From a virus: a DNA stretch of 64,000 bases. The translations under genes were made by a program, and so were the position numbers. Where the stretch lies: the IMG/VR virus record IMGVR_UViG_3300045911_000143, positions 1-64,000 of that record; one strand, 5' to 3'. Below, piece after piece: positions 50,538-60,492 of the stretch. Below the pieces are notes generated by a model that was given only the letters and a program-made list of their open reading frames with translations, searched no databases and was not told the DNA's origin. Within the stretch, counting starts at the first letter, position 1. Every line of letters starts with the position of its first letter.

Positions 50538-51103
50538 TTATTTGTAAAGTTGATTGTGGATTAGCGAACTACACTCAGGACTACAGTATACTTGACTTCC
50601 ATCTTCTTTCCAATACCTTGAGATTGGATAATTTACACCATCATTGATGCCTAGCCCGGTCGGTGCAGACTCAACTAGAACAAGTGTACCACAAACATGA
50701 CACTTATAGTGAAATGTTCTCGGTACAGGCTTTACCAACCATTTATAGTTCAGGTTCACCATCTTCATCAAGATTAGGTGTAGTTTTAGACGGGATATAA
50801 ACCCACTTAATTATTAGTGGAATTTCGTACCCTAGTTCTTCGGCTCGTTCAAGCATTTTATTTCTCGCAATAAAAATCACCAATATTTAGATCATTCCAT
50901 ATTTCTTTTTCAACATGATAATATTTTTCACGTATTCTAACCTGATACGTACTATCACCGTCAAATTCACCGTGATACTTTTTTTGTATCATACCACACG
51001 GAAGATCAGATTGGAATGCTTCGTTTATTAAAGCCCCTAAAATAAGACAGATAGCCATAACTCCTATGGCTATCTGTCCACTCGTTTTGCTATTTTTATC
51101 CAT
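50538..51103 (-). CDS. Zn-finger small protein (50538-50771) and membrane-anchored protein (50858-51103)
   Basis: CHVC...YCSPEC; N-terminal TM segment. Confidence 0.6.
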
Positions 51104-52091
51104 TCAATGCAGCATCCTGAACCGCTTTGATGAAGTATGCACGGGCTTTGGTGGAAACGTAACTATTAACCTGCTTCCATTCATAACCATTGGCTGCAAT
51201 CTCTTCCGTACATTCTTTCAAAATGTCCTTATGAATCCATTTAATATACTCACCAGTGAATTTGGAATTCACTTCCATCCCATTTTCCTTCAGGTAAGAG
51301 ATGCCCTGCTCCAGCCTCCATTCAGGCAAGATGTTATCAACCAGATTATTGATACCCTCAACAATGGTTGGGTCAACGGTAATTTTCTTACCTTCCTTAT
51401 TCGGTTTCTTATGCTTCAGCCCCTTTGTCTTGAACCAAAGTGAGGTATCTTGGGCCAGTGTATTGATGACTGGCATCCAGACAATTCCCTCACCAGTGCC
51501 AACCACACCATGCAACTTACCCCAAGGACATTCCGTTTCGACCATATTGGTCAGTTTTTCAATGTCATTGAGAACATCGGTGTTGTCAGCATTTTCCGAA
51601 AAATCAAGCGTAATACCAAAAATTGGAGCCTCCGCCACCCAACGGAACGGCGAATTATCATACGCTCCCGGAAAGAAAAACTTTCCGTCAAAATGAATCA
51701 TAAAACAAACGAAATGCTTTTCCAATTCAGAAACAGCAACTCCCTTCTGGATTCCCTTACCAATCCATTCACCATAGAATCGCACGACACCGTTGTTAAA
51801 ATACTTCTTAGCAAATTCAAGAATGGCCTGACTATTGGCAGCAACCCAAAAGGCAAACCCGTAATTATCAGATTCGACGGTAAGCGGACGCTCACGAGAG
51901 AACGCTTCAACTTCACCCGTTTCAGTATTCACGGCAATAGAGCCGTTGGTACCATGCAACTTGACCGAGCCAATATAATCTACAGTCCTGATAAACTTCT
52001 CAGGCTGATTGTTACCAAGGCACCAGTTATTGTGCTTGTGAACATGCTTGAAAACGTGATGAATAGAATCAATCGAAGGGAACTTCAACAT
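51096..52091 (-). CDS. RNA ligase, Rnl2-like
   Basis: KFPSI, motif I KLHGTN, FSRE, YGEWIGKGIQKG, GEGIV, FKTK. Confidence 0.88.
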   Translation of the reverse strand: MLKFPSIDSIHHVFKHVHKHNNWCLGNNQPEKFIRTVDYIGSVKLHGTNGSIAVNTETGEVEAFSRERPLTVESDNYGFAFWVAANSQAILEFAKKYFNNGVVRFYGEWIGKGIQKGVAVSELEKHFVCFMIHFDGKFFFPGAYDNSPFRWVAEAPIFGITLDFSENADNTDVLNDIEKLTNMVETECPWGKLHGVVGTGEGIVWMPVINTLAQDTSLWFKTKGLKHKKPNKEGKKITVDPTIVEGINNLVDNILPEWRLEQGISYLKENGMEVNSKFTGEYIKWIHKDILKECTEEIAANGYEWKQVNSYVSTKARAYFIKAVQDAALNG

Positions 52092-52118
52092 GTTAATTCT
52101 CCAACGCGAGAGGAAGAA

Positions 52119-52810
52119 TTATACAGCAATGGTTATTGGACTGTCAACTCGTTTGAGGACAATTCCAGTGTGTGGGCTTCCATTCTTCTTGACCCAGATG
52201 TTTCTGTCTATCTTCCAGACACCCCATTTGCTATGAATCATAGCATAATAAATTCCTTGACCACCGTAATCAGCAAATTCAATGCTACCCGAGTACCAAT
52301 AATCTCCGAATTGGTCTTTGAAAATTGTACCACTCTTTGGATACGTAACCTTCGTTAGAAAACGTCTAATCAAAGTTTCCATTAAAATCTTGAACTTTCT
52401 GCATTGCAATGAAGTTATCATACTTGCTAATCTTTTCCATTTCAATATCGACTAGCTTGCTAATATGATTAGCAGCTTCTGTTAGCCCACGTTCCTCAAA
52501 CTCAAAGGCTTTGTTCATCAGACTGTTTACTTTCCGAAACTTCCGAGAGGAAAGGCAGTGTAGCGTTTCCAGCATGTTGATAACATTGCTCATTTGATTC
52601 AGCCCTCGAAAATGGTTTAAAATCAACAACTTGAATATCTTCTGCGTATGGTTTAAAGACCAATTTGTTGTTTTTTTGCAACAAAGTGCCTATGTCACCA
52701 TCTTTCCAGAATTTTAAAACTGATTCATCAGCTTTTGCTATAGTACCATCTTCAAGATAGATGTAGGTATACTTTCTGTGAAGGGGTGTAAATCGTAACG
52801 CAGCCTTCAT
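52119..52810 (-). CDS. Three small hypothetical ORFs (52119-52382, 52366-52593, 52502-52810)
   Basis: Co-oriented overlapping ORFs. Confidence 0.55.
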
Positions 52811-52831
52811 GGAAGGTAATTAACTTCCGTA

Positions 52832-53068
52832 TTAATCACCATCATAGGTATAATCAAGGACAGCCTTAGCGGCTTCCATCCGAGCATCGACCTTGCCACG
52901 AGTGTATGCGGCTTCAAGTGCATTTTTAATAAGCGATACATGAAGTTCGTGGAAATCCAGAGAATCTGAATTCTGAGTCTTAAGGGTACGAATGCCTAGA
53001 ATTCGATTTGCGATGCCTTCGTAAATATCATTAATTTGGTTCATGTTCAATTTATCCTTTATTTTCAA
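52832..53068 (-). CDS. DUF6900-like small protein
   Basis: LGIRTLKTQNSDSLDFHELHV..IKNALEAAY. Confidence 0.75.
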   Translation of the reverse strand: MKIKDKLNMNQINDIYEGIANRILGIRTLKTQNSDSLDFHELHVSLIKNALEAAYTRGKVDARMEAAKAVLDYTYDGD

Positions 53069-53203
53069 TATGTTACATCAAGTTTTTGACAAATTAGATT
53101 ATTCCTCCAACAAGGAGGAATAAAATAACAATTATGCCTCCCTCTGTCAATAGAGGTCAAATTTGTAAATGTCGAGACTTATTTATTTACTATATAAGGT
53201 TAA

Positions 53204-53299
53204 TGTTCACTGGTGGGACTCGAACCCACATCGGAAGACTTTGTTCTCCCATGACATAACCTAAACTAAGGTTATCGCTTACCTTTTGCTACAGTGAAC
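53204..53299 (-). tRNA. Atypical tRNA-like element (8-bp acceptor, aberrant anticodon arm, long V arm)
   Basis: GTTCACTG/CAGTGAAC, canonical GTGGG-TTCGAGT-CCCAC T arm, hairpins ATAACCT/AGGTTAT and GGGAGA/TCTTCC. Confidence 0.6.
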
Positions 53300-53311
53300 A
53301 CGTTTAAAATT

Positions 53312-53387
53312 TGGTAGGGCCACCCGGACTCGAACCGAGACTCAAGCGATTATGAGTCGCTGGCTTTAACCATTAAGCTATAGCCCT
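53312..53387 (-). tRNA. tRNA with CAT anticodon (Ile2-like)
   Basis: AGGGCTA/TGGCCCT-A-CCA; GCGACTCATAATCGC arm as in enterobacterial tRNA-Ile2. Confidence 0.9.
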
Positions 53388-53526
53388 AATATTCAGATTA
53401 CACGCAAAACCCTTATTTCATTCTTACAACATCAAGCGAAAGTCATTATACCATGTTTCTTCCGCTTGTAAATTTTTATTTATATATCCTGTATTTCAGG
53501 TAGCAGTCTGTGTCGTTATCCGTACA

Positions 53527-53646
53527 TCATAGCATAGTTTGTGGAGCAGAAATGATGGCAGGATTATCATCATCCCGATGAAATACACCATTTTTATAGT
53601 ACTCAATAGAACTATCAAGGTGTTTGAATAAATAAATGTCATTCAT
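53527..53646 (-). pseudogene. Truncated HRD-repeat gene
   Basis: MNDIYLF...YYKNGVFHRDDDNPAII...TML* after one repeat; AAGGA SD. Confidence 0.55.
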
Positions 53647-53697
53647 ATTTATTCCTTAATCTCAGCCAAGATTTTATCAATCAAATCCATTTTTTCC

Positions 53698-54351
53698 TCA
53701 GTCCATTTCAGCCTTTGTCTTTCCATAAATGATAACATACAGACGCTCAATTGCTTTGTCAATTTCAAGAGATGCGTCATAAATGTCTTTAGGCCAGTGG
53801 CTACGATATTCTTCTTTTTTCTTTTCGTTACTAACGCCATATTCCATATTCAAACTGACCAGCCAGTAACGCAAGAAATCATAAAGTAGGATGGCCCATT
53901 CTTTGTTAATATTGTCAGGAAAGTTAAGACCCCTAGCATATTTTGTGCTAATACCCTTAGTGACATAAGGGCCGGAAGGTGCAGAACAAACGGAGCCTGC
54001 ATTAAAATCATAAGTATACTTAGAATTAACAATTTCCTCAATATTCTCAATAACGAAATTCCATCTAATTTGTTCCCATTTAGATTGAAGTCTACGACTT
54101 GTATTGAAGGCTTCCATACTAGGATTTTCAGGGAATTCATTTTTGAATTCCATAGGTTCGTGAATTTCGCTTTCAAACTCACTGTGATGCTTCAGTTTAC
54201 CATCCTCTTCATCCCATTTCATCCCATTGCCACTAACGGCAAACCAATGAAACAAAACATAGTTCGGAGATGGGAAAATTTCGTGACAAGTTAGCAGAGC
54301 ATGACGCATCATGCTCTTAATGTCACCGTTGGTAAACGTAATGTTAGTCAC
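53698..54351 (-). CDS. Hypothetical protein
   Basis: 217 aa, GGAG SD. Confidence 0.75.
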   Translation of the reverse strand: MTNITFTNGDIKSMMRHALLTCHEIFPSPNYVLFHWFAVSGNGMKWDEEDGKLKHHSEFESEIHEPMEFKNEFPENPSMEAFNTSRRLQSKWEQIRWNFVIENIEEIVNSKYTYDFNAGSVCSAPSGPYVTKGISTKYARGLNFPDNINKEWAILLYDFLRYWLVSLNMEYGVSNEKKKEEYRSHWPKDIYDASLEIDKAIERLYVIIYGKTKAEMD

Positions 54352-54353
54352 TG

Positions 54354-55481
54354 TTATTCTCCAAATTCTACGGGATCATCCTTGATCCCGTAGTCTTTAT
54401 AATGCTTAATCATGAATTCCTTAAGGTTGACTTCCTTACCAACATAAAGATTCATTGCCAAACCAAAAATTCCATCCTTCGACAATTCCTGTTGACCAAG
54501 GATAGCATAAGACTTGCGATCAAGTCCACGATTAGCATCATAGAATTCATACAAAGTCTTATGGAGATGATTATAAATCTTTGCAACCTTCTCCTCCATT
54601 TCATTAATTTGCGAGATTGCAACAACATCACCATGCAACATGCCGCGAAGATCATCGGCACCTTCATTCACGCAAGCCTCAAACAAGCGACGTGGCGAGG
54701 AAATGCTATCCTTAGTTTTATGCAGCGAGCAATACTTATCAGTCTTGACCTTCACCCACTTACCGTCACGGAACTTAAAGATAAAACCTTCAATATTATC
54801 CTGTGATTCGTATACGGACTTTACGAAGGTTTCAACATCAGCCGGGATAGGCAGTGAATCAACCCAATACTTTTGCAAGATGGTAGTCTGCTCCAGCGGG
54901 ATGTATTCGCCAGTTGCATTGTCCCGCACGTTCAGAACAACAAGCGAAGGCTTTTCATACCCAATAACAATTCGATTGTCTGGTGAAACATATTCCATAT
55001 TGACAGTCCAATTGTTTTGGACACAATTGATAATTCCAAAAAGCAAGTCTTCAAATTCCTCAGTGTGCAAAAGCGACTCCGCAGCCTTAGCCTGCTCAGA
55101 ATGAAAAGAACCCTTGGTCTTAAGGCAAAAACTACCACCATCGCCTAGAATCACTGTAGAAACCAGCGAGCCATCCATCTTATTTTGAATTTCGACTACG
55201 TTGGAAAAATCCAACGACATGACATACGGATTTTCACCGTTGTTGAAAAACTTCTGCATAGGAAGCGATGCAAGTTCTACCGGCTCGCCGTCAACCATAC
55301 GGAAGGTGTGTCCACGGCACTCCATAGCGTTAGGGAGCATGAAGTCAGTATAGGATGCCAGTCGGTACAGGAAGATGCGGAACGAGGCTCCTAGAGCTTC
55401 CTGATCGACGTAATAAAACGCCTCCGAGGATGCACAGAGAGTCATCAAATCATTATAGAGGGTGCGCTGGAAGTCGTTCAT
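54354..55481 (-). CDS. rnlA: T4 Rnl1-like RNA ligase 1
   Basis: YRLASY, ECRG, PMQKFFN, motif I KMDGSL, KTKGS, EYVSPDNRIV, IEGF, KVK...Y..LH. Confidence 0.93.
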   Translation of the reverse strand: MNDFQRTLYNDLMTLCASSEAFYYVDQEALGASFRIFLYRLASYTDFMLPNAMECRGHTFRMVDGEPVELASLPMQKFFNNGENPYVMSLDFSNVVEIQNKMDGSLVSTVILGDGGSFCLKTKGSFHSEQAKAAESLLHTEEFEDLLFGIINCVQNNWTVNMEYVSPDNRIVIGYEKPSLVVLNVRDNATGEYIPLEQTTILQKYWVDSLPIPADVETFVKSVYESQDNIEGFIFKFRDGKWVKVKTDKYCSLHKTKDSISSPRRLFEACVNEGADDLRGMLHGDVVAISQINEMEEKVAKIYNHLHKTLYEFYDANRGLDRKSYAILGQQELSKDGIFGLAMNLYVGKEVNLKEFMIKHYKDYGIKDDPVEFGE

Positions 55482-55757
55482 GGGATTCTCTATGATGTTG
55501 GAACATCATAACAGTAGTTTCAGGAAGATGCAAGGCAATCCACATTTATACCCTCGGGGGGGGGCGTTTTAATCGCGTCTTTATAGTACTAAAGATGGTT
55601 TTCCTTGTAAAGCCCCCTCAAAAATGAAAGATGCCGTTCTCCCTCCACCATCCTATTTTAGCACAAGCAACCTGAATGGAAGCTGAATATTCAGGAAATT
55701 ATTTGCTTGACACGGGCTAATTATTAATGTATACTATTCCTGCGGGGTTATGTTTTG

Positions 55758-56207
55758 TCAAAAATCTGATCCTGCTGTGGCCATGCTGTTTTTGTAACTT
55801 TGCACGACACCGACGTTTTCAAAATGGTAAGAACGCTTGATTGAAAGGTGGATTTCCTGAGAGGAATTCAGTGCGGTAACATACAAGTCACGATATTCTT
55901 GTTTAGGTGTATTGAAAGCGTCCTCAAACGCGGTAGGATGATAAAAGATAGTCAAATCACCATAATCCAAATTCAATTGAATATTGGAAATTGATTCCAT
56001 GCTGATAGTAATGGGGGGAATAGCTTCATCGTTCTGATCCTTACCGAGTAAGATTAGACTGTTGGTTTTATCTACGGCAAAGTGGAAATCAGACCACAAA
56101 CCCTGAATATTATTCCAAGTCACACAGTATATGCCGTTGGTGTCTGAAATCTTTTTCAGGGTTTCAGCAATATGCTGCTTTTCAGTAATTTTAACAATAT
56201 CGGTCAT
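55758..56207 (-). CDS. Hypothetical protein (cargo of cassette 3)
   Basis: 149 aa; SD supplied by the conserved repeat. Confidence 0.75.
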   Translation of the reverse strand: MTDIVKITEKQHIAETLKKISDTNGIYCVTWNNIQGLWSDFHFAVDKTNSLILLGKDQNDEAIPPITISMESISNIQLNLDYGDLTIFYHPTAFEDAFNTPKQEYRDLYVTALNSSQEIHLSIKRSYHFENVGVVQSYKNSMATAGSDF

Positions 56208-56259
56208 ATTAAGTCCTAACGCATACGTTAGAAGGGTCTAGTATACTCTAGTTGTGGAG

Positions 56260-57015
56260 TTAAGGGAAGAGAAGTTTGTCAGGAATCTGTGAGATGAATT
56301 CCATGTCATTCTTATCAATCTTCAATGTCCTATACATTTCTCTCAGAACATCTGTGGACTTGGGAACATTCCTAACCTTTTCAAGAAACCAAACAGGTGG
56401 CTTTTCTTCCATAGCCACTTGGATGGGAACACCCTTGGCAGTTTCATGCTTAAGAGTTTGACCGTCTTCCCTGTAATGAAAATACAGATTCATACGGCTG
56501 GCAATGTAATCGATATCATATCCAAAGGATAAACAATAGTTTTGCTTAGGCCAAGAATTGAAAAGATCAAACCAAGTAAAGAATCCCTTCCAAGTCGCAG
56601 CAGCAACGTCCATATCCTTATGGTTGCTACCAGTAGGATACGGATACATCAAATAATCAATGAAACCATGCTTGGTAGCATACTCATGAATCGTCTTATG
56701 ATGCAACTTCACGATTTCAATTTGACGAAGAAGACCATTAATGATCTTTTGATGGCCATTGAAAAGATCGGCCTCCCAGACTTCATTATGCAGTGCATCA
56801 TATTTGAAAGCAAGGTCATAATTCCTTTCGATCTCGCTAGAGGTTTCAGTTCTCATGAAATTTTTAATAGTTTCCATCAGGCTCATAGCCTTAACCTCAC
56901 TTACTTGATCGATGAGAGTCTCGAATCCCTGCTTACAATACATACCATTCAATTCCTTCCTTTCAGGTTGGAGACCTTGTGGAAGATCAACAATATGTTG
57001 ACGCAGAGGTTTCAT
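56260..57015 (-). CDS. Hypothetical protein
   Basis: 251-aa ORF. Confidence 0.75.
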   Translation of the reverse strand: MKPLRQHIVDLPQGLQPERKELNGMYCKQGFETLIDQVSEVKAMSLMETIKNFMRTETSSEIERNYDLAFKYDALHNEVWEADLFNGHQKIINGLLRQIEIVKLHHKTIHEYATKHGFIDYLMYPYPTGSNHKDMDVAAATWKGFFTWFDLFNSWPKQNYCLSFGYDIDYIASRMNLYFHYREDGQTLKHETAKGVPIQVAMEEKPPVWFLEKVRNVPKSTDVLREMYRTLKIDKNDMEFISQIPDKLLFP

Positions 57016-57019
57016 ATTA

Positions 57020-58522
57020 TTATTCTGTAAAGTTGATTGTCAGACTCTTAGCATACTTCATTTCTGGTGTAATATCAATAGGGCGATTATGAATCGCAAT
57101 ACACTTTTTACCTTTCTCGTCCCGATAATTGATCACAAAAATTGTATGATCTCTGAGATCAACCATCTCAACATTGTTGTAAGTTTTAACTTCATCGGTG
57201 TTGAGAGTAACAACAACAGTTTTGTCATTCATTCAGATACACTCCGTCAGAAGGATTCAGCATACCATCTTCATATGCGATTTCAAGATGATGCTGGGGC
57301 TTGAAATTTTGATAGTAAACTTCGTCTACTCGAATGACGCCGCCACACTCATTGACATATTCTACAATGTCACGAACATTCTCAATTTTATCTACACCGC
57401 CACGATGTTCATTGTAATATGCATTAACTTCACAGTTTGTTTCGACATGTTTTGCCCCCAATGTATGCAAATGCTCTGCAACACTATTGTCACCATATTC
57501 TTTGGGAATAAATGCTTGAATTGTATACATATTTTTCCTTAAATGAGAAAGTAAACTCGACCAAAGATCAATACTACAGAAACTAAAGCCCCGAGGCCGA
57601 GCAAAACGGGGAAAATTTCTTGTATAAGATTTTTCATATTTTTCATTTGTGGCTATTCTCCATAAAGGCTTATTTAGCCACAATCCTCTAGAGTGATGTT
57701 ACTAGAATTTTTTCTTTCGTCTAAACAAATAGTCTATTAGAAGAAAAAACCAACCTAAACCGAAAATAAACAACGGAAGTACAGCAGGTAGAAGATTGGT
57801 CCACACATTAGCTATGGTGAAAACCAAGCCTCCAATAAAAATCATGGAGGCTATGGTTCGAAGCATATCACCTTTCATCCAAATACTCGAATGTTGGGAG
57901 TACCAGTCTCCACCTCACCTACAACAAGCTTGATATGATTATCAGACAGCATAATCTTACCAAAAGTCTTCTTAGTATCTGAGAGATAGACAGTACCTTT
58001 CGGAGTTACACTAATCATAGAGACATCAATATTAAATGCTTCAAGAATTGGATTTGAAATCATAGTTAACTCCTAGAGTAGACTATTATTTATCAAACTT
58101 CAACCTCACGACCACGAGAATCTAGAATGAAGACTGTGGGGCTATTACGATGACGAACGAGTTCCTTGTGATATTCAAGACTAGTCACCGTAGGGCCTTC
58201 AGGGAGGTTAATCTCCTTCTTAGGGTTAAAGGAATAATAAGTGCCATCACTAGCAAAAGTATAGTTCTGATTCATAGATGTTTCACTCTTGTTAAGATTA
58301 ATTAATGGTTTCTTGGAAGGTGCCTACCTTTTGTGTCATACGGCTGGTAGCGTGGTAGGTGAATGCAAAACAGGTAAAACCAGCATTTACCTTTTTGTCA
58401 ATAAAATCATCGAGTTGCGTTTCATCGACAAAAACTGTGTCACGATTAAGGAGCGGTTTACTGATCAAATCGCTCAAGGTCATTCCACTATCCTTAATGC
58501 TAAGAACTAGATACATCTTCAT
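57020..58522 (-). CDS. Run of small hypothetical ORFs (57020-57232, 57225-57530, 57875-58063, 58093-58275, 58298-58522)
   Basis: Co-oriented ORFs with SD sequences. Confidence 0.6.
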
Positions 58523-58577
58523 ATTTAAGCGAGAGTAGTTAAACAGGGTTTTAGTATAGGTGAGGATTGCGGAAGTG

Positions 58578-59738
58578 TCAAGCCTTCCCTTCCGCAATCT
58601 TAGACAATGCCATCTTACCAGCCCACGTACCGGGAGCCTGAATTTCTTCAATACTTTCAAAGACCATCGGACGACCACGGATGCGCGACATAAACTCACC
58701 AGTCTTACCCATCTTAGGCATACCAATATCAACCTTGGTACCGTATTCCGGCCACGATGCGCCTTCACGAGTACCAATCAGATAGGCAGGCTCACCCACC
58801 GGCTTGATAAGAACTGAATCTTGCCCATACATCTTACCAAGTTCGACAAGATCACGTTCTAGATTATTTTTAGTATCATTCGGCTTGCGAGCAACAAACA
58901 GCGAGCGTTCAGATACTTCTGCCATATCTTTAAACTGTGTTTCCTTATCAGTTACTTCAAGGGAAGGATTGGCCTTACGTTCCTTACGACGACGCAGAAC
59001 ATCCTCAATTTCAGAAGCATTATTCTTATCATATCCTTCAATGTAAGTTCCGGCAACTTCTGTAACATCGTAACCAAGTTTAATCAATTTGGCACGAAGT
59101 TGGCGATGGAGTCGCATGTTTTCATCAAAATTACGCTCGTTACGAAACGCAGAAATGATTCCAATATCATTACGAGCCATTTTGGCGTGAAGGCGTGCAA
59201 GACCCGATTCAACAAGATCGACTTCCATATTAGGAAGGGCAGCCATTTCAACAATACGTGCGATGCGGTTAGACATTGCATTCTCCGATTCATTCAAGTG
59301 ACCAGCGATGATATCATTGGCCTCGTAAGATTTCAAATCGTCAGTACTGACCACGTTTATCTTTATATCAGCATACTTATCCATTACACCACTCTTAACA
59401 AAGGAGCGAACACCAACTTGAATATTATTTTTTGTAAGATTATTTAATTGCCAGACTGTAAATGACCAATGGTTTCTATATGCACGGATTCTGATCCATC
59501 CACGCTTCAATGCATTCACAATAATTAATTCTCTAGCTTCACCTTCCTGACCAACCTTTTCACCATATTCCTTATGAATATCGTTAATGAACTGGCTTGT
59601 GGTTCCAAATTTTTCAGGATTAGAGATAATATCTTGAATATGGGTTGTGTTGACTCTTAAGATTTCACCAGTAGGAGCGATCCATGCTCCTGCTAGGAAT
59701 CCTCGTCCAAAGGTGTTCTTCAAATCTTGTAGCTTCAT
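58578..59738 (-). CDS. Two-domain late protein with C-terminal SAM-lyase (T3 gp0.3)-like domain
   Basis: IISAFR...ENMRLHRQL...GTYIE...SERSLFV...GQDSVL parallels remembered T3 SAMase motifs (VSAFR, NMSRHRHM, GCYRE, EEKT, EQDCVL); TATAAATA at 59756-59763. Confidence 0.6.
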   Translation of the reverse strand: MKLQDLKNTFGRGFLAGAWIAPTGEILRVNTTHIQDIISNPEKFGTTSQFINDIHKEYGEKVGQEGEARELIIVNALKRGWIRIRAYRNHWSFTVWQLNNLTKNNIQVGVRSFVKSGVMDKYADIKINVVSTDDLKSYEANDIIAGHLNESENAMSNRIARIVEMAALPNMEVDLVESGLARLHAKMARNDIGIISAFRNERNFDENMRLHRQLRAKLIKLGYDVTEVAGTYIEGYDKNNASEIEDVLRRRKERKANPSLEVTDKETQFKDMAEVSERSLFVARKPNDTKNNLERDLVELGKMYGQDSVLIKPVGEPAYLIGTREGASWPEYGTKVDIGMPKMGKTGEFMSRIRGRPMVFESIEEIQAPGTWAGKMALSKIAEGKA

Positions 59739-59782
59739 AATAATCCTTTTATTATTATTTATATGCCCCCTTTACGAAGCGA

Positions 59783-60436
59783 CTAGATTGTTTCCCTTTT
59801 GTCTTTGTAGAACACATGCCGCTGGATGGATGCCACTCTAACATACCGGCGAGCCTTGGACCAATTTGGACTCACATATGAAGCATGATAGTGAGTAACA
59901 TTTTTTCCGAGGAAGTTTTCGACATTGCCGCTCAAAACTTCTACTGCAATTGTGTGAGCAGTATTCCACGCAATCAATTCCTTTTTGTTTTTCAGAGATG
60001 GAATATCCGGCTTACCATCGCATGTCCAAGAAAACTGACACTGATTTTTAAGACGCTTTCCATCGCTCATGCGACCTTGGAAAACAACATCACAGATCGT
60101 ATCGGGATAAAATTTACTAGCAACACGATTCATTGTGACGAGGGCAACAGCCTGCATAGCCTCTACCGATTGATTCCGAGCCTCGAAAAAAATGTTCTGC
60201 TGCAAACAGAACAAATCATCTTCCGAATATTCTACAAAGTCAGTTTCTTCTGGAAGAATAGTTTCGATCCCTTCCGGTTGAAGAATAACCGGAGTTGGCA
60301 ACACATTTGCTTGATTGCTGTAAGCGATATAAAAACTGGAAGGGTTCACCCCCAAAAGAACAAGCGAAATCGCAGCCATCGTAATTACAGCAAAAACGCG
60401 GACTGCAAGGTGCATGAACCGATCAAGGGAATCCAT
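59783..60436 (-). CDS. SleB-like cell wall hydrolase (Hydrolase_2)
   Basis: CLQQNIFFEARNQ, VTMNRV, YPDTICDVV, CQFSW, THYHA.YV.P.W. Confidence 0.93.
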   Translation of the reverse strand: MDSLDRFMHLAVRVFAVITMAAISLVLLGVNPSSFYIAYSNQANVLPTPVILQPEGIETILPEETDFVEYSEDDLFCLQQNIFFEARNQSVEAMQAVALVTMNRVASKFYPDTICDVVFQGRMSDGKRLKNQCQFSWTCDGKPDIPSLKNKKELIAWNTAHTIAVEVLSGNVENFLGKNVTHYHASYVSPNWSKARRYVRVASIQRHVFYKDKRETI

Positions 60437-60492
60437 TTCAATCTACCGTGGTGGTTAAGGTGGGACTAGAATAGAACGGAACTGATCAGTTG

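Larger units (their letters stand above)
34753..55747. repeat. Dispersed ~45-bp repeat TTGYAW-N17-TAAAAT-RGGATGGTNGGACGG; 9 copies: 34753+, 36403-, 38365+, 39711-, 40385+, 40777+, 41541- (divergent), 48584-, 55639-
   Basis: Near-identical copies read directly. Seven contain a -35/extended -10 promoter core; the last two keep the TGCTAAAATAGGATGG part. Confidence 0.85.
42149..56257 (-). repeat. Three copies (42149-42196, 49159-49205, 56211-56257) of CCACARCTARNG-TATACT-RGACMCTWCTAACGTATGCGTTAGGAYTT
   Basis: Read directly. Contains a -10 TATACT, the hairpin CTAACG/CGTTAG and an AGGA SD. Confidence 0.9.

Noticed and set aside
34143-60469. Numerous + strand ORFs in the right half (e.g. 51450..52358, 59885..60469, 38533..39096)
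   Set aside because: They overlap well-supported - strand genes and lack SD sequences and motifs; treated as shadows.
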